DNA of 64,000 nt from an uncultured Bacilli bacterium (GCA_934129885.1 CAKOWU010000006.1:12695-76694); one strand, 5' to 3'; positions 40,505-49,400 are shown, counted from the first letter of the stretch. The notes: generated by a model from the letters alone, not told the origin. Numbers and translations are program-made.

Positions 40505-41401
40505 GTGAAGAAGTTGTTTGTTATTATGATTATGCTTTTCAGTTTTAAAATAAGTGCTTTGGCTTCTGTTTATGATATGGTTAGGTATAATAGCTGTCTT
40601 ATAGACAAACCTATATCAAATAGTGACTTATTAGATAAGAAACATGAAATAGATAAATGGATAGATGAAAACAATTATATGATTTCGGTAAAATATGAAG
40701 ATATTATTACAGGGTTTAGTTATGAATATGCTTCTGATAAAGTGTATTATGGGGCCTCACTTATAAAAATTCTTGATGCTTTATATTTGATAGAGAGGGC
40801 AACTTCTGATAAGATTAATTTAGATACTGAAACCGTTAAATATACTTCTAATTATATAAGACCATTTAGTAAAGGGATGAAAAAGCGTATGATAACAGAA
40901 GAGGTAAGTTTGAGAGATTTAATTTATTACGCAGTAAAGTATTCAGATAATACAGCCCATTTAATGCTTATAGATTATATCGGTTTTAATAATTTGAAAG
41001 AATATGGCATGAGTTTAGGAGGTAAAGTTCTTTTATCTACTAGTGATAAATTTGGTAATCAAACGGCAGAAGATATGAATAAATATTTACTTAGAGCTTA
41101 TGAGATTATTAAACGTAATGATAAATATGGTAAGTTTTTAAAAGATATTATGGACAATGATGAACGGAATTCTTTTAATAATGGTAATTTAAAAATACAT
41201 CATAAGTATGGTGCATATGGAAACAATTATCATGACGTTGGTCTTAATTTGATGGATAATCATCCATACGTGATTTCTATTTTTACATTATATGAAGGTA
41301 GACAGTATAAAGACGTTATTCAAAAAGTACACTCTAAAATAATTGAGTTACATACTTCGTTTTGGTGTAGGCGTAAATACCAATGTTATAAAAAATTTTA
41401 A
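40505..41401 (+). CDS. Class A beta-lactamase-related serine hydrolase (secreted)
   Basis: Signal peptide. 'ASLIK' (SxxK), 'YSDNTA' (SDN), 'HKYG' (KTG-like). Confidence 0.7.
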   Translation: MKKLFVIMIMLFSFKISALASVYDMVRYNSCLIDKPISNSDLLDKKHEIDKWIDENNYMISVKYEDIITGFSYEYASDKVYYGASLIKILDALYLIERATSDKINLDTETVKYTSNYIRPFSKGMKKRMITEEVSLRDLIYYAVKYSDNTAHLMLIDYIGFNNLKEYGMSLGGKVLLSTSDKFGNQTAEDMNKYLLRAYEIIKRNDKYGKFLKDIMDNDERNSFNNGNLKIHHKYGAYGNNYHDVGLNLMDNHPYVISIFTLYEGRQYKDVIQKVHSKIIELHTSFWCRRKYQCYKKF

Positions 41402-41405
41402 CAAA

Positions 41406-41432
41406 TTAGCACTTAACTGTTGACAGTGCTAA
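41406..41432. promoter_or_regulatory. CIRCE element (HrcA operator)
   Basis: TTAGCACTT-N9-CAGTGCTAA versus the consensus TTAGCACTC-N9-GAGTGCTAA. Confidence 0.8.
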
Positions 41433-41448
41433 AAAAAGGTTATATAAT
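41420..41448 (+). promoter_or_regulatory. Sigma-A promoter of hsp20, overlapping CIRCE
   Basis: TTGACA (41420-25), 17 bp spacer, TATAAT (41443-48). Confidence 0.8.
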
Positions 41449-41551
41449 TAGAATGTAAGAGGTATGGTGATACTTTTTACGGGCAATATAATATTGTATA
41501 GGTGTGCTACCAAAATGATAACACATTATGATGAAAGGAAGCGAATGATAT

Positions 41552-41962
41552 ATGATGTTAGTGCCAAGAAGAAATTTTGATTTATTTGATGAGATGTTTG
41601 AGGATCCTTTTTTCTCAAAATCTAGTAAACTTATGAAAACTGATATAAAAGAAAATGAGAATGACTATACTATTGAGGTTGATTTGCCTGGCTATTCTAA
41701 AGATGATATTCAAATTACGGTTGATGACGGATATCTTACTGTAAGTGCTAATACATCTAAAGAAGACGCTGATACTTCTTCAAAATATGTTAAAAGAGAA
41801 AGATATTACGGGGAATGTTCTAGAAGTTTTTATGTGGGCAATGATGTGGAAACTGAAGATGTTAGGGCATCTTTCCGTAATGGTATTTTGAAACTAGAAG
41901 TACCTAAAAAAGAAGATGTAAAGCAATTACCTGAGAAAAAGTATGTTCAAATTGAAGATTAA
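41552..41962 (+). CDS. Hsp20/alpha-crystallin family small heat-shock protein
   Basis: 'DIKENENDYTIEVDLPGYSKDDIQI...', 'SFRNGILKLEVPK'. Confidence 0.92.
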   Translation: MMLVPRRNFDLFDEMFEDPFFSKSSKLMKTDIKENENDYTIEVDLPGYSKDDIQITVDDGYLTVSANTSKEDADTSSKYVKRERYYGECSRSFYVGNDVETEDVRASFRNGILKLEVPKKEDVKQLPEKKYVQIED

Positions 41963-41968
41963 TTGTTA

Positions 41969-41992
41969 GGAACTCTAATGAGTTCTTTTTTT
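41969..41992 (+). terminator. Terminator of hsp20
   Basis: 'ggaactc taat gagttc' plus a T-run. Confidence 0.7.
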
Positions 41993-42048
41993 CTTGTCAA
42001 GGACTACTGATGTGTGCTATAATCTTTACGATATTGGTGGTGTGATGT

Positions 42049-43431
42049 GTGAAAGATACAAAATTAAATAAAGAGACTTTGGAAGAAGTTAAAGATACAG
42101 AAAACCTTTTAAATACAGAGATAGAAGGTAAGAAAGTTAAAAAGAAACGTTCTAAACAAAAGATATTTATTATAGTTAGTATTATTTTTTTACTTGGATG
42201 TATTTTTATTTATGGCGGAAGGTTTACATATTTTTATTTAAATAATAAGAAGACGGAGGATGCTGAGAAAAATTTATTTGCGACTACTTTAAAGGTTAAT
42301 AATAAAGATTCTGATAATTTTAAAAATATTGATGACGTATATTATTTTTATAAAGATGCAAAAAACAATTATGTTAAATATTCTAATTTAATTTGGAGAG
42401 TTATTAAGATTAATAAAGATAAAAGTGTTACTATGATACTTGATAGCCCTATTACAATTTTAGGTTATGGTGATATGGAGACTTCTTATGATGAATCTAA
42501 TCTTGTAAACTGGCTTAATAATTCTGATAATGGGTTATTACATGAGATTACTACGACGGAGAAGTATTTATCTCAAAACAAGGTGTGTACTGATGCGGTA
42601 AGTAAGATTAGTAAAAGAACTTGTAAGAATAAGGGTTCACATTATTTTGATTTATTATCTATTGATGATTATGTAAAGACTGGTAATACAGATAGTTTTA
42701 TTAATAATGGTTATTATAATTATTTGGCTAATAAAGATGATAGTGGTAATATTTGGTATATTAATGCGGAAGGTAAACTTGCGACGAGTGAGGGTAAAGA
42801 TTTATATGGTGTGAAGCCAGTTGTTACTTTGAATTATAGCTTGGAAACTAATGGCGGAGATGGTAGTTCTGATAAACCTTATACTTTAAGTGAGGATTCT
42901 ACTTATTTTGGTAGTTATGTTAAGTTAGGTGAAGATACTTATAGGGTTTATGATGTTACTGATGGAAATGTTAAAATGGTAAAAACTTCAGTAATTAAAG
43001 ACGGAGATGTTGATTTAAAACATGTATATTCTGTAGGTAGTAGTAAGTTTAATTTATCATATAGGTCTAGTTTGGCATATTATTTAAATTATACTTATCT
43101 TAAGAATTTGGATTATAAAGATACTCTTATTAAAAATAATTATTATAATGGTTATTATACTGATGATTATAATACGTCTTTAAATCCTATGGAACTTACA
43201 GTGGGAGTGCCTTCTATTGGAGATGTTATGTTTGATAATGAGTCTGATGAGTATTTTACAATGACAGGAACGGCTGAAACGTCTTCATATGTTTATGTTA
43301 TTAGAGGTGATGGTTCTGGTTCTTACAGGGGAGTAAAATTTAATAGTGGTGTACTTCCATGCGTGAGCGTTAGTAGTGAGAGTTTGAAGTCGGGAAATGG
43401 AACTATGGAAGAACCATATAGAGCGGAGTAG
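42049..43431 (+). CDS. Membrane-anchored two-domain member of the local 'WRVI ... G(D/N)G(S/T)xxxPY' paralog family
   Basis: TM 'IFIIVSIIFLLGCIFIYG'. The first domain ends 'NGGDGSSDKPYTL' and the second ends 'SGNGTMEEPYRAE'. Confidence 0.7.
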   Translation: MKDTKLNKETLEEVKDTENLLNTEIEGKKVKKKRSKQKIFIIVSIIFLLGCIFIYGGRFTYFYLNNKKTEDAEKNLFATTLKVNNKDSDNFKNIDDVYYFYKDAKNNYVKYSNLIWRVIKINKDKSVTMILDSPITILGYGDMETSYDESNLVNWLNNSDNGLLHEITTTEKYLSQNKVCTDAVSKISKRTCKNKGSHYFDLLSIDDYVKTGNTDSFINNGYYNYLANKDDSGNIWYINAEGKLATSEGKDLYGVKPVVTLNYSLETNGGDGSSDKPYTLSEDSTYFGSYVKLGEDTYRVYDVTDGNVKMVKTSVIKDGDVDLKHVYSVGSSKFNLSYRSSLAYYLNYTYLKNLDYKDTLIKNNYYNGYYTDDYNTSLNPMELTVGVPSIGDVMFDNESDEYFTMTGTAETSSYVYVIRGDGSGSYRGVKFNSGVLPCVSVSSESLKSGNGTMEEPYRAE

Positions 43432-43435
43432 TAGT

Positions 43436-44497
43436 ATGAGTAGGAAAGAGAAGAAAGTGAAAAAGGATAGAAAAGAAAAAAAGAAATCTAAAATATGGAA
43501 AAGTACAGTTGTGTTTATTATTCTTGATTTATGTGCTTTGGCTGGTTTCTTTGTAATGTATGGACCTTTTGACTATGTTAGGAATTTGTATGTTACGACG
43601 GCGATGCAGACGATGAATCATCAATATTTGGCTAGAGTTTTTTACAGTGAAAAGACTATTGAGGCTATTATGTCTAAAAATTATATTTCTGGTTTAGATG
43701 AGGACGCTAATTTAAATGATATTGTTATTGATACTTCTAAGAAGACGTCTTTTAAGGATGAATATGAGAAGGAACTTCTTACTAGGGAACCTGGTAATGA
43801 TTTATATAAGATATTGAATGTTAATGTTGGTAACGCCAATGGATATTTGGTAGCAATATATGATCCAAAGAAGGTTAAATTATTACGTACTAAAAAGTTT
43901 AATGCTGGTACGCAAGGTGAACGTGTATCTGATATGTGTAAGAGATATGGTGGAACTGTGTGTATAAACGGCGGCGGATTTGCGAACGGACTTGATAATG
44001 GTTCTGATGTGCCACTTGGACATGTTATAGATGACGGAAAAGTTGTATGGCCTTTGAGTGAAGACGGTAGCAGAGGAGACATTATTGGTCTTACTAATGA
44101 AGGTAAATTAAAACTTGTTAGTAATTCTACGGGTAGTGAGGCTGTGGCTGCTGGTATTGAACAAGGTCTTGAGTTTGGACCATTCCTTATTGTAAATGGT
44201 AAATCTGCGAAGATAAGTGGTACTCCTTATGGGGTTGCAAATAAATGTGTTATTGCACAGCGTAAAGACGGGGTTATGATGTTCCTTGTTACTGAGGGAG
44301 AGACTTATATTGATGGCGCTAGTTTATCTGATGTGGTAACTACGCTTGAAAGGTACGGGGCATATAATGCAGCGAATTTGGACGGCGGACAGTCAACTAG
44401 TTTGGTTGTTGACGGTAAACTTGTTAATTCTCCTAATTATTTAGCGAAGAAACAAGGCGGTAGGTATGTTGTTACTGGTTGGGGTCTTATTCCTTAA
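43436..44497 (+). CDS. Phosphodiester glycosidase family protein (DUF2233/NAGPA-like), membrane anchored
   Basis: 'CINGGGF' and 'AANLDGGQSTSLV' motifs. N-terminal K-rich stretch plus TM. Confidence 0.8.
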   Translation: MSRKEKKVKKDRKEKKKSKIWKSTVVFIILDLCALAGFFVMYGPFDYVRNLYVTTAMQTMNHQYLARVFYSEKTIEAIMSKNYISGLDEDANLNDIVIDTSKKTSFKDEYEKELLTREPGNDLYKILNVNVGNANGYLVAIYDPKKVKLLRTKKFNAGTQGERVSDMCKRYGGTVCINGGGFANGLDNGSDVPLGHVIDDGKVVWPLSEDGSRGDIIGLTNEGKLKLVSNSTGSEAVAAGIEQGLEFGPFLIVNGKSAKISGTPYGVANKCVIAQRKDGVMMFLVTEGETYIDGASLSDVVTTLERYGAYNAANLDGGQSTSLVVDGKLVNSPNYLAKKQGGRYVVTGWGLIP

Positions 44498-44506
44498 ATT
44501 TATATT

Positions 44507-44569
44507 AAAAAGTAGACTGATTATGATATGAACTTTTAATTTCATAAGAGTTTAGTCTACTTTTTTTTT
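44507..44569 (+). terminator. Long-stem terminator
   Basis: 'aaaaagtagact ... agtctactttttttt', with an inner hairpin. Confidence 0.7.
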
Positions 44570-44600
44570 AATTAAATATGATTATATAGGTAGGTATGTT

Positions 44601-44879
44601 ATGAGTGTTATTCCGAATGTTTCTCCCAAGGTTTTTACTTTAAGTGCGGTCGCTATTGGATATTTACTTATTGATAGCAATACGGCTAATGAGCAAAATG
44701 CACTTGGTAACTGGCTTATGCTTGTGGCACAGGTGTTATGTACTAATGCTTATTTTTTACAGGTTCAAGATGAGAGGAAAAATGTTAATGAGATGAGTAG
44801 TGAAGATACTATTGAATTGCTTCAGAAAATGGTTAGTGCTTTAAGCACTGAGATAGATAATTTGAAGAAAAATTTATAA
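44601..44879 (+). CDS. Hypothetical small protein
   Basis: 92-aa ORF with a hydrophobic N-terminal half ('NALGNWLMLVAQVL'). Confidence 0.5.
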   Translation: MSVIPNVSPKVFTLSAVAIGYLLIDSNTANEQNALGNWLMLVAQVLCTNAYFLQVQDERKNVNEMSSEDTIELLQKMVSALSTEIDNLKKNL

Positions 44880-44935
44880 TATGATTTACAAATATTATGG
44901 CCTATTATATAATGATTAGTAGTGAAGGTGATAGA

Positions 44936-45685
44936 ATGAAGGCATTAATTACGGGCGCAAGCAGTGGTATAGGTGAGGCAATTGCTAGAGTACTTGTAAG
45001 TGAAGGGTACGAGGTTATTCTGGTTGCGAGAAGGAAGACTAAACTTGAGAAACTTACAAAGGAACTTGGAAATGGTGCTAGTTATATTGTGACAGATATT
45101 TCTAGTACGTTTAATTGTACGGAGTTATATAACAAGGTAAAAAAAGAAGATATTGATATTTTGGTTAATAATGCAGGTTTTGGGCTTTGTGATGATTTTA
45201 GTAAGTCTAAACTTGATAAAGAACTTGATATGATTGACCTTAATATTAAAGGATTACATACTTTGACGAAGTTATTTTTGGCTGATTTTAGAAAAAAAGA
45301 TAGAGGTTATATTTTGAATGTTGCATCTTCGGCGGCGTTTATGCCTGGGCCACTTATGGCGACGTATTATGCGTCTAAAAGTTATGTTTTGAATTTATCT
45401 TTAGCGATTTATGAGGAACTTAAACGTGAGGGTAGTAATGTTTCTATTAGTGTTTTATGCCCTGGACCTGTTGATACGGAGTTTAATAAGGTCGCAAAGG
45501 TTAATTTTAGTATTAAAGGGATTGATAAGGATGTCGTGGCAGAGTATGCGGTTAAGAAGATGTTCAGTGAAAAGTTGATTATTATTCCTGGTTTTAAAAT
45601 GAAGTTGGCTGTTTTTCTAACTAGATTTGTACCTAGAAAGTTACTTCTTAAAATTGTTTATAATATCCAAGATAAGAAGAGATAG
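44936..45685 (+). CDS. SDR-family oxidoreductase
   Basis: 'TGASSGIG', 'NNAG', 'YYASK'. RBS 'gaaggtg'. Confidence 0.9.
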   Translation: MKALITGASSGIGEAIARVLVSEGYEVILVARRKTKLEKLTKELGNGASYIVTDISSTFNCTELYNKVKKEDIDILVNNAGFGLCDDFSKSKLDKELDMIDLNIKGLHTLTKLFLADFRKKDRGYILNVASSAAFMPGPLMATYYASKSYVLNLSLAIYEELKREGSNVSISVLCPGPVDTEFNKVAKVNFSIKGIDKDVVAEYAVKKMFSEKLIIIPGFKMKLAVFLTRFVPRKLLLKIVYNIQDKKR

Positions 45686-45702
45686 TTTATTTATATGTTC
45701 AC

Positions 45703-45734
45703 AAAAAACATTAGAATTTTGTTTCTAATGTTTT
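45703..45734. terminator. Bidirectional terminator hairpin (copy 1 of a duplicated hairpin)
   Basis: 'aaaacattag' + 10-nt loop + 'ctaatgtttt'. Confidence 0.75.
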
Positions 45735-45745
45735 AATTATATGGG

Positions 45746-46207
45746 TTAGCTGTTGCATTTACCTGTGGTTACGGAAGAGATGTTGCTATCTGTAAACATA
45801 TTAGATGAATTAGCGTTTTCTGGGATTTTCCAATTTGTGCCTACATATACGTTTTTTAAATTGTTTGTGTAAGCAAACATGTGATCTACTTTGCTTATAT
45901 TTTTAGTATCAAAGTTACACAAATTTAATTCTTCAATATTATATGTGGATGAAAACATGTACTCCATATTTACTACGTTACTTGTAATAAAATTGCTGAC
46001 ATCTAATTCTTTTAAATTGCCTTTAGCAGATAAATTTATGTCGGTACTGAAGACAGAATAACCAACCGATAGGCATAGTAATGTTGTGAATAAACTTAAT
46101 ATAATTATTTTTCTTTGTTTATTTGCTTTTCTTCGATGTAGTCGCTTTCTATGTTTTATGTCATCATCTCCATTAAAATAAACGTATAACAGTATATTAT
46201 ATGCCAA
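45746..46207 (-). CDS. Surface protein with 26-residue repeats (DUF285/BspA-like) and the family N-terminal module
   Basis: 'VGYSVFSTDINLSAKGNLKEL', then 'NVVNMEYMFSS...LNLCNFDTKNISKVDHMFAYTNNL'. Confidence 0.72.
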   Translation of the reverse strand: MAYNILLYVYFNGDDDIKHRKRLHRRKANKQRKIIILSLFTTLLCLSVGYSVFSTDINLSAKGNLKELDVSNFITSNVVNMEYMFSSTYNIEELNLCNFDTKNISKVDHMFAYTNNLKNVYVGTNWKIPENANSSNMFTDSNISSVTTGKCNS

Positions 46208-46438
46208 AAAACGAACGAAAATATTACTTTTGTAGTAGATAAATTGGTTGAGTAGACATCTAAAACACCTAATTTTAGGTAAAAAATAATCGTATAATAT
46301 GCTGTTATACGATAATTCTTGATTAAAATTATATTTAATACTTTCTGTATCAATAATAACATTTTATATAAGGATAGTGCAAATAATATGTGCAAAAATT
46401 TACTTCAAGTTTACATATGATATGTTTTATTAAACATC

Positions 46439-46470
46439 AAAAAACATTAGATTTCTTTTTCTAATGTTTT
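46439..46470. terminator. Terminator hairpin (copy 2 of the duplicated hairpin)
   Basis: Identical arms 'aaaacattag/ctaatgtttt' with a different 10-nt loop. Confidence 0.7.
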
Positions 46471-46694
46471 GAGTTCTTCTTTAGATAAGCTTGGTGCTTT
46501 TGCAATATTGTTAATGGACATTTTCATTTTAAGCAAATTTTTTGCAGTTTCTAGCCTAGCGTTTTGTCTCTGATTTCTTCGCTGTTGGCAAAATAGGTAT
46601 TTCGGGTTTTCTCTTCATCTTCCTCTTTTGACATAAACTCTATGAAGTCAGAATTATTATTAATTTCTTTTACACTCTTTACAAACTCTTTCAT
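46447..46694 (-). pseudogene. Frameshifted remnant ending in a short helix-turn-helix-like tail
   Basis: Frame a: 'MKEFVKSVKEINNNSDFIEFMSKEEDEEKTRNTYFANSEEIRDKTLG*'. Frame b: '...ARLETAKNLLKMKMSINNIAKAPSLSKEELKTLEKEI*'. Confidence 0.3.
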
Positions 46695-46974
46695 AATCTT
46701 ATCTTCCTCCTTCCGAAAAAATGAATACAGTCCCTTTTATTCAGAGGATCCACTTTCCCCCTCGTTAGTAATATACTGTGTTTATTTGCAAATTTCTTTT
46801 TTTTCTGGAAGTTTTTTGATTTTTTTGCAAAAAAAATTTTTAGAATAGATACTATCTATGTTTTATTATTTATTTTATATTGGTGTAGTTAAAACCCTGA
46901 AAAGTTTTATTAATTTTTAATCTTTTTCCTTTAAAAAAACCCATAATTATATTATAATATGAATTACTGGTGAT

Positions 46975-47769
46975 GTGGCTATGGAATATGCTTTAGATAT
47001 TAATGATTTCACATTTAAATATGACGATAAAATTTTGTTTGAAAATTTAAATATAAGTCTTTTGAGAAGTTCACTTTGTACATTTTTTTGCGAAAACGGA
47101 AGCGGTAAGTCGACGCTTGCATCTATTATAAAGGGTGATATTGATGCCGGTTATAATGTTATGGTGTTTGATAAATTGCCTAGTTTATCTAAAAAAGATG
47201 TGTTTGTGATAGATGCGAATTTTGGTAAATGTTTTAAGAGTTCTAGTATTGATGAAGTTATAGAAAAAGAGTTATTAAAGTATGATGTGTTACTTAAGAA
47301 TGTGTCTGATAGGGTATCTGTTTTTTTAGAATTATTTGGAATTGATAGAGATGCGGATGTACGAAGTCTTTCTGGGAGTGATAAGTTGGTTATTATTTTT
47401 CTAATTTCTTTATTAAGTGGTGTAAAAATGGTGGTTATTGATAATATTTTTGAATATTTAAGTGTGCCTATTAGGAACAAGATGTTTAGAATACTTAAGA
47501 CTTTTAATGAGAAAGAATTACTTACTATACTAAATTTTACAACTAATATTGAGGATGCATTATATATGAATGAACTTATTATATATAAAGATAAAAAGGT
47601 ACTTATGAAGGGGAATACTAAAGAGGTTTTACAAAATATAGATGTTTTTGAGGAAAATAAAATTGAATTACCTTTTGTTGTTTCTTTATCTAATAAACTT
47701 ATGTTTTATGACCTTATAGACAGGGTTTATTATGATGCGGGGGATTTGGTGAATGCGATATGGAAGTAA
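46975..47769 (+). CDS. ecfA1: ECF-transporter-type ABC ATPase with degenerate catalytic motifs
   Basis: Position upstream of ecfA2-truA. Walker A 'CENGSGKST', signature 'LSGSD', Walker B 'VVIDN' (no Glu). No Q-loop Gln or H-loop His was seen. Confidence 0.75.
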   Translation: MAMEYALDINDFTFKYDDKILFENLNISLLRSSLCTFFCENGSGKSTLASIIKGDIDAGYNVMVFDKLPSLSKKDVFVIDANFGKCFKSSSIDEVIEKELLKYDVLLKNVSDRVSVFLELFGIDRDADVRSLSGSDKLVIIFLISLLSGVKMVVIDNIFEYLSVPIRNKMFRILKTFNEKELLTILNFTTNIEDALYMNELIIYKDKKVLMKGNTKEVLQNIDVFEENKIELPFVVSLSNKLMFYDLIDRVYYDAGDLVNAIWK

Positions 47770-48536
47770 TGTTAGTGGATGTTACGTACAGGTATAAGAA
47801 TTCTTCTAGAGATAGTTTAGTTTCTATAAATATGAATATTAGTGGTCCTTCTATTACGGGTATTACAGGGGTTCCTGGGAGTGGTAAGACTACTTTGCTT
47901 GGTATTATTTCAGATGTTATAAAGCCTACGGCTGGGAAAGTATATATACAACCTAAAGATGTTTTAATGGTGTTTCAAAATCCTGCGAATGTGTTTAGTG
48001 AGCATACTGTTTTTGGTGAGATATGCAAGCACACGAGAAGTAAGGACGCTAGAAGGGTACTGGCATCACTGAAAATGGTACGACTTGATGATAGTTATTT
48101 ATACATGGATCCTTTTTGTCTTAGTGAGAGTGAGCAGAGGCTTGTTTGTATTGCATCGGTGTTAGCTGCCAATCCAAAGATTATTGTATTTGATGAGCCT
48201 TTTAGGGGTCTTGATGATAATAATAAGAAATATATGATTAAGTTATTTAAGATGATGAAGTACAGGTATAATAAGATGATTTTGGTGGCAAGTATTGATA
48301 CGGATTTACTTGATGCGATTTGTGATACGGTGTATGTTATGAAGGATGGAGAAGTTGTTTGTTCTGGAGACAAGTATGAGGTTTTATCTAATGAGAAGAT
48401 TATGGTAGATAGTGGGCTTTGCTCTCCTAAAACGCTTGAGTTTTCTAATTTGGTAAAGAGGATGAAGAATGTAAATTTAGGAAAAAGAAATGATATTAAT
48501 GATTTAATAAAAGATATATATAGGAAAGCAAGATAA
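47760..48536 (+). CDS. ecfA2: ECF-transporter-type ABC ATPase
   Basis: Walker A 'GVPGSGKTT', Q-loop 'VFQNP', signature 'LSESEQ', Walker B 'IIVFDEP'. Confidence 0.82.
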   Translation: MEVMLVDVTYRYKNSSRDSLVSINMNISGPSITGITGVPGSGKTTLLGIISDVIKPTAGKVYIQPKDVLMVFQNPANVFSEHTVFGEICKHTRSKDARRVLASLKMVRLDDSYLYMDPFCLSESEQRLVCIASVLAANPKIIVFDEPFRGLDDNNKKYMIKLFKMMKYRYNKMILVASIDTDLLDAICDTVYVMKDGEVVCSGDKYEVLSNEKIMVDSGLCSPKTLEFSNLVKRMKNVNLGKRNDINDLIKDIYRKAR

Positions 48537-48599
48537 AATTTGACAGTTATTTTATTTTGGTTATACTATAATATAGTGATATGAGAGGAGTAATATAAT

Positions 48600-49340
48600 A
48601 TGAGATATTTTATGACTTTTGCGTATGATGGCTCAAAATATAAAGGATATCAAAAGCAACCTGATGTAAAGACGGTTCAAGGGGAGATAGAGAAAGCACT
48701 TACTACTATTAATGGTGGCGAGAATGTAGATATTCATGCGGCGGGTAGAACGGATGCTGGGGTACATGCTTTTAACCAGAAGGCACATTTTGATTTGAAT
48801 AAAAATATTGCTGTGGAAAAGATTAGGGATGGCGTAAATAGTTTAATCCCAGACGATATATATATTAAAAATGTTGAGATTGTGGCGGATGATTTTCATG
48901 CCAGATACAATGCGAAGGCGAAGGAATATATTTATATGATTAATATGGGAGAGTATAACCCTATTGATAAGGATTATATATATCAGTACAATAAGAAGTT
49001 AGATGTTGTTGAGATGCAGAGGGCTCTTAAGTATTTAGAGGGGACGCATAGTTTTAAGACTTTTACTAAGGCTGATGATGAGAGGGAAGATTATACGAGG
49101 ACGATTGTGCAGACTAATTTGATTAGAGATATGAAGAATGTAAATAAGATTACAATGTCATTTTTAGGTACTGGTTTTATGAGGTATCAAGTTAGGAATA
49201 TGGTTGGAACTTTACTAGAGATTGGCGAAGGTAAAAGAAAGAGTGAGGATATTATTGATCTTATTAGGGCAGAGGATAGGACTGTTGCGGGTAAGACGGC
49301 TGCGCCTGAGGGATTATATTTAAAGGATGTTCTGTATTAA
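48600..49340 (+). CDS. truA: tRNA pseudouridine(38-40) synthase TruA
   Basis: 'YDGSKYKGYQKQP', 'AGRTDAGVHA', 'FHARY'. Conserved position after the ecfA genes. Confidence 0.95.
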   Translation: MRYFMTFAYDGSKYKGYQKQPDVKTVQGEIEKALTTINGGENVDIHAAGRTDAGVHAFNQKAHFDLNKNIAVEKIRDGVNSLIPDDIYIKNVEIVADDFHARYNAKAKEYIYMINMGEYNPIDKDYIYQYNKKLDVVEMQRALKYLEGTHSFKTFTKADDEREDYTRTIVQTNLIRDMKNVNKITMSFLGTGFMRYQVRNMVGTLLEIGEGKRKSEDIIDLIRAEDRTVAGKTAAPEGLYLKDVLY

Positions 49341-49374
49341 GGTAATATTTTAATGAAGTAATGTAAATACATGT

Positions 49375-49400
49375 AAAAAACTAGGGTAGCCTAGTTTTTT
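49375..49400. terminator. Bidirectional terminator after truA (copy 1 of a duplicated hairpin)
   Basis: 'aaaaaactagg gtag cctagtttttt'. Confidence 0.8.

Noticed and set aside
46156-46848. ORFs at 46156-46395 (-) and 46642-46848 (+).
   Set aside because: Their composition is low-complexity and they have no RBS. They overlap a promoter/5' region and a remnant on the other strand.
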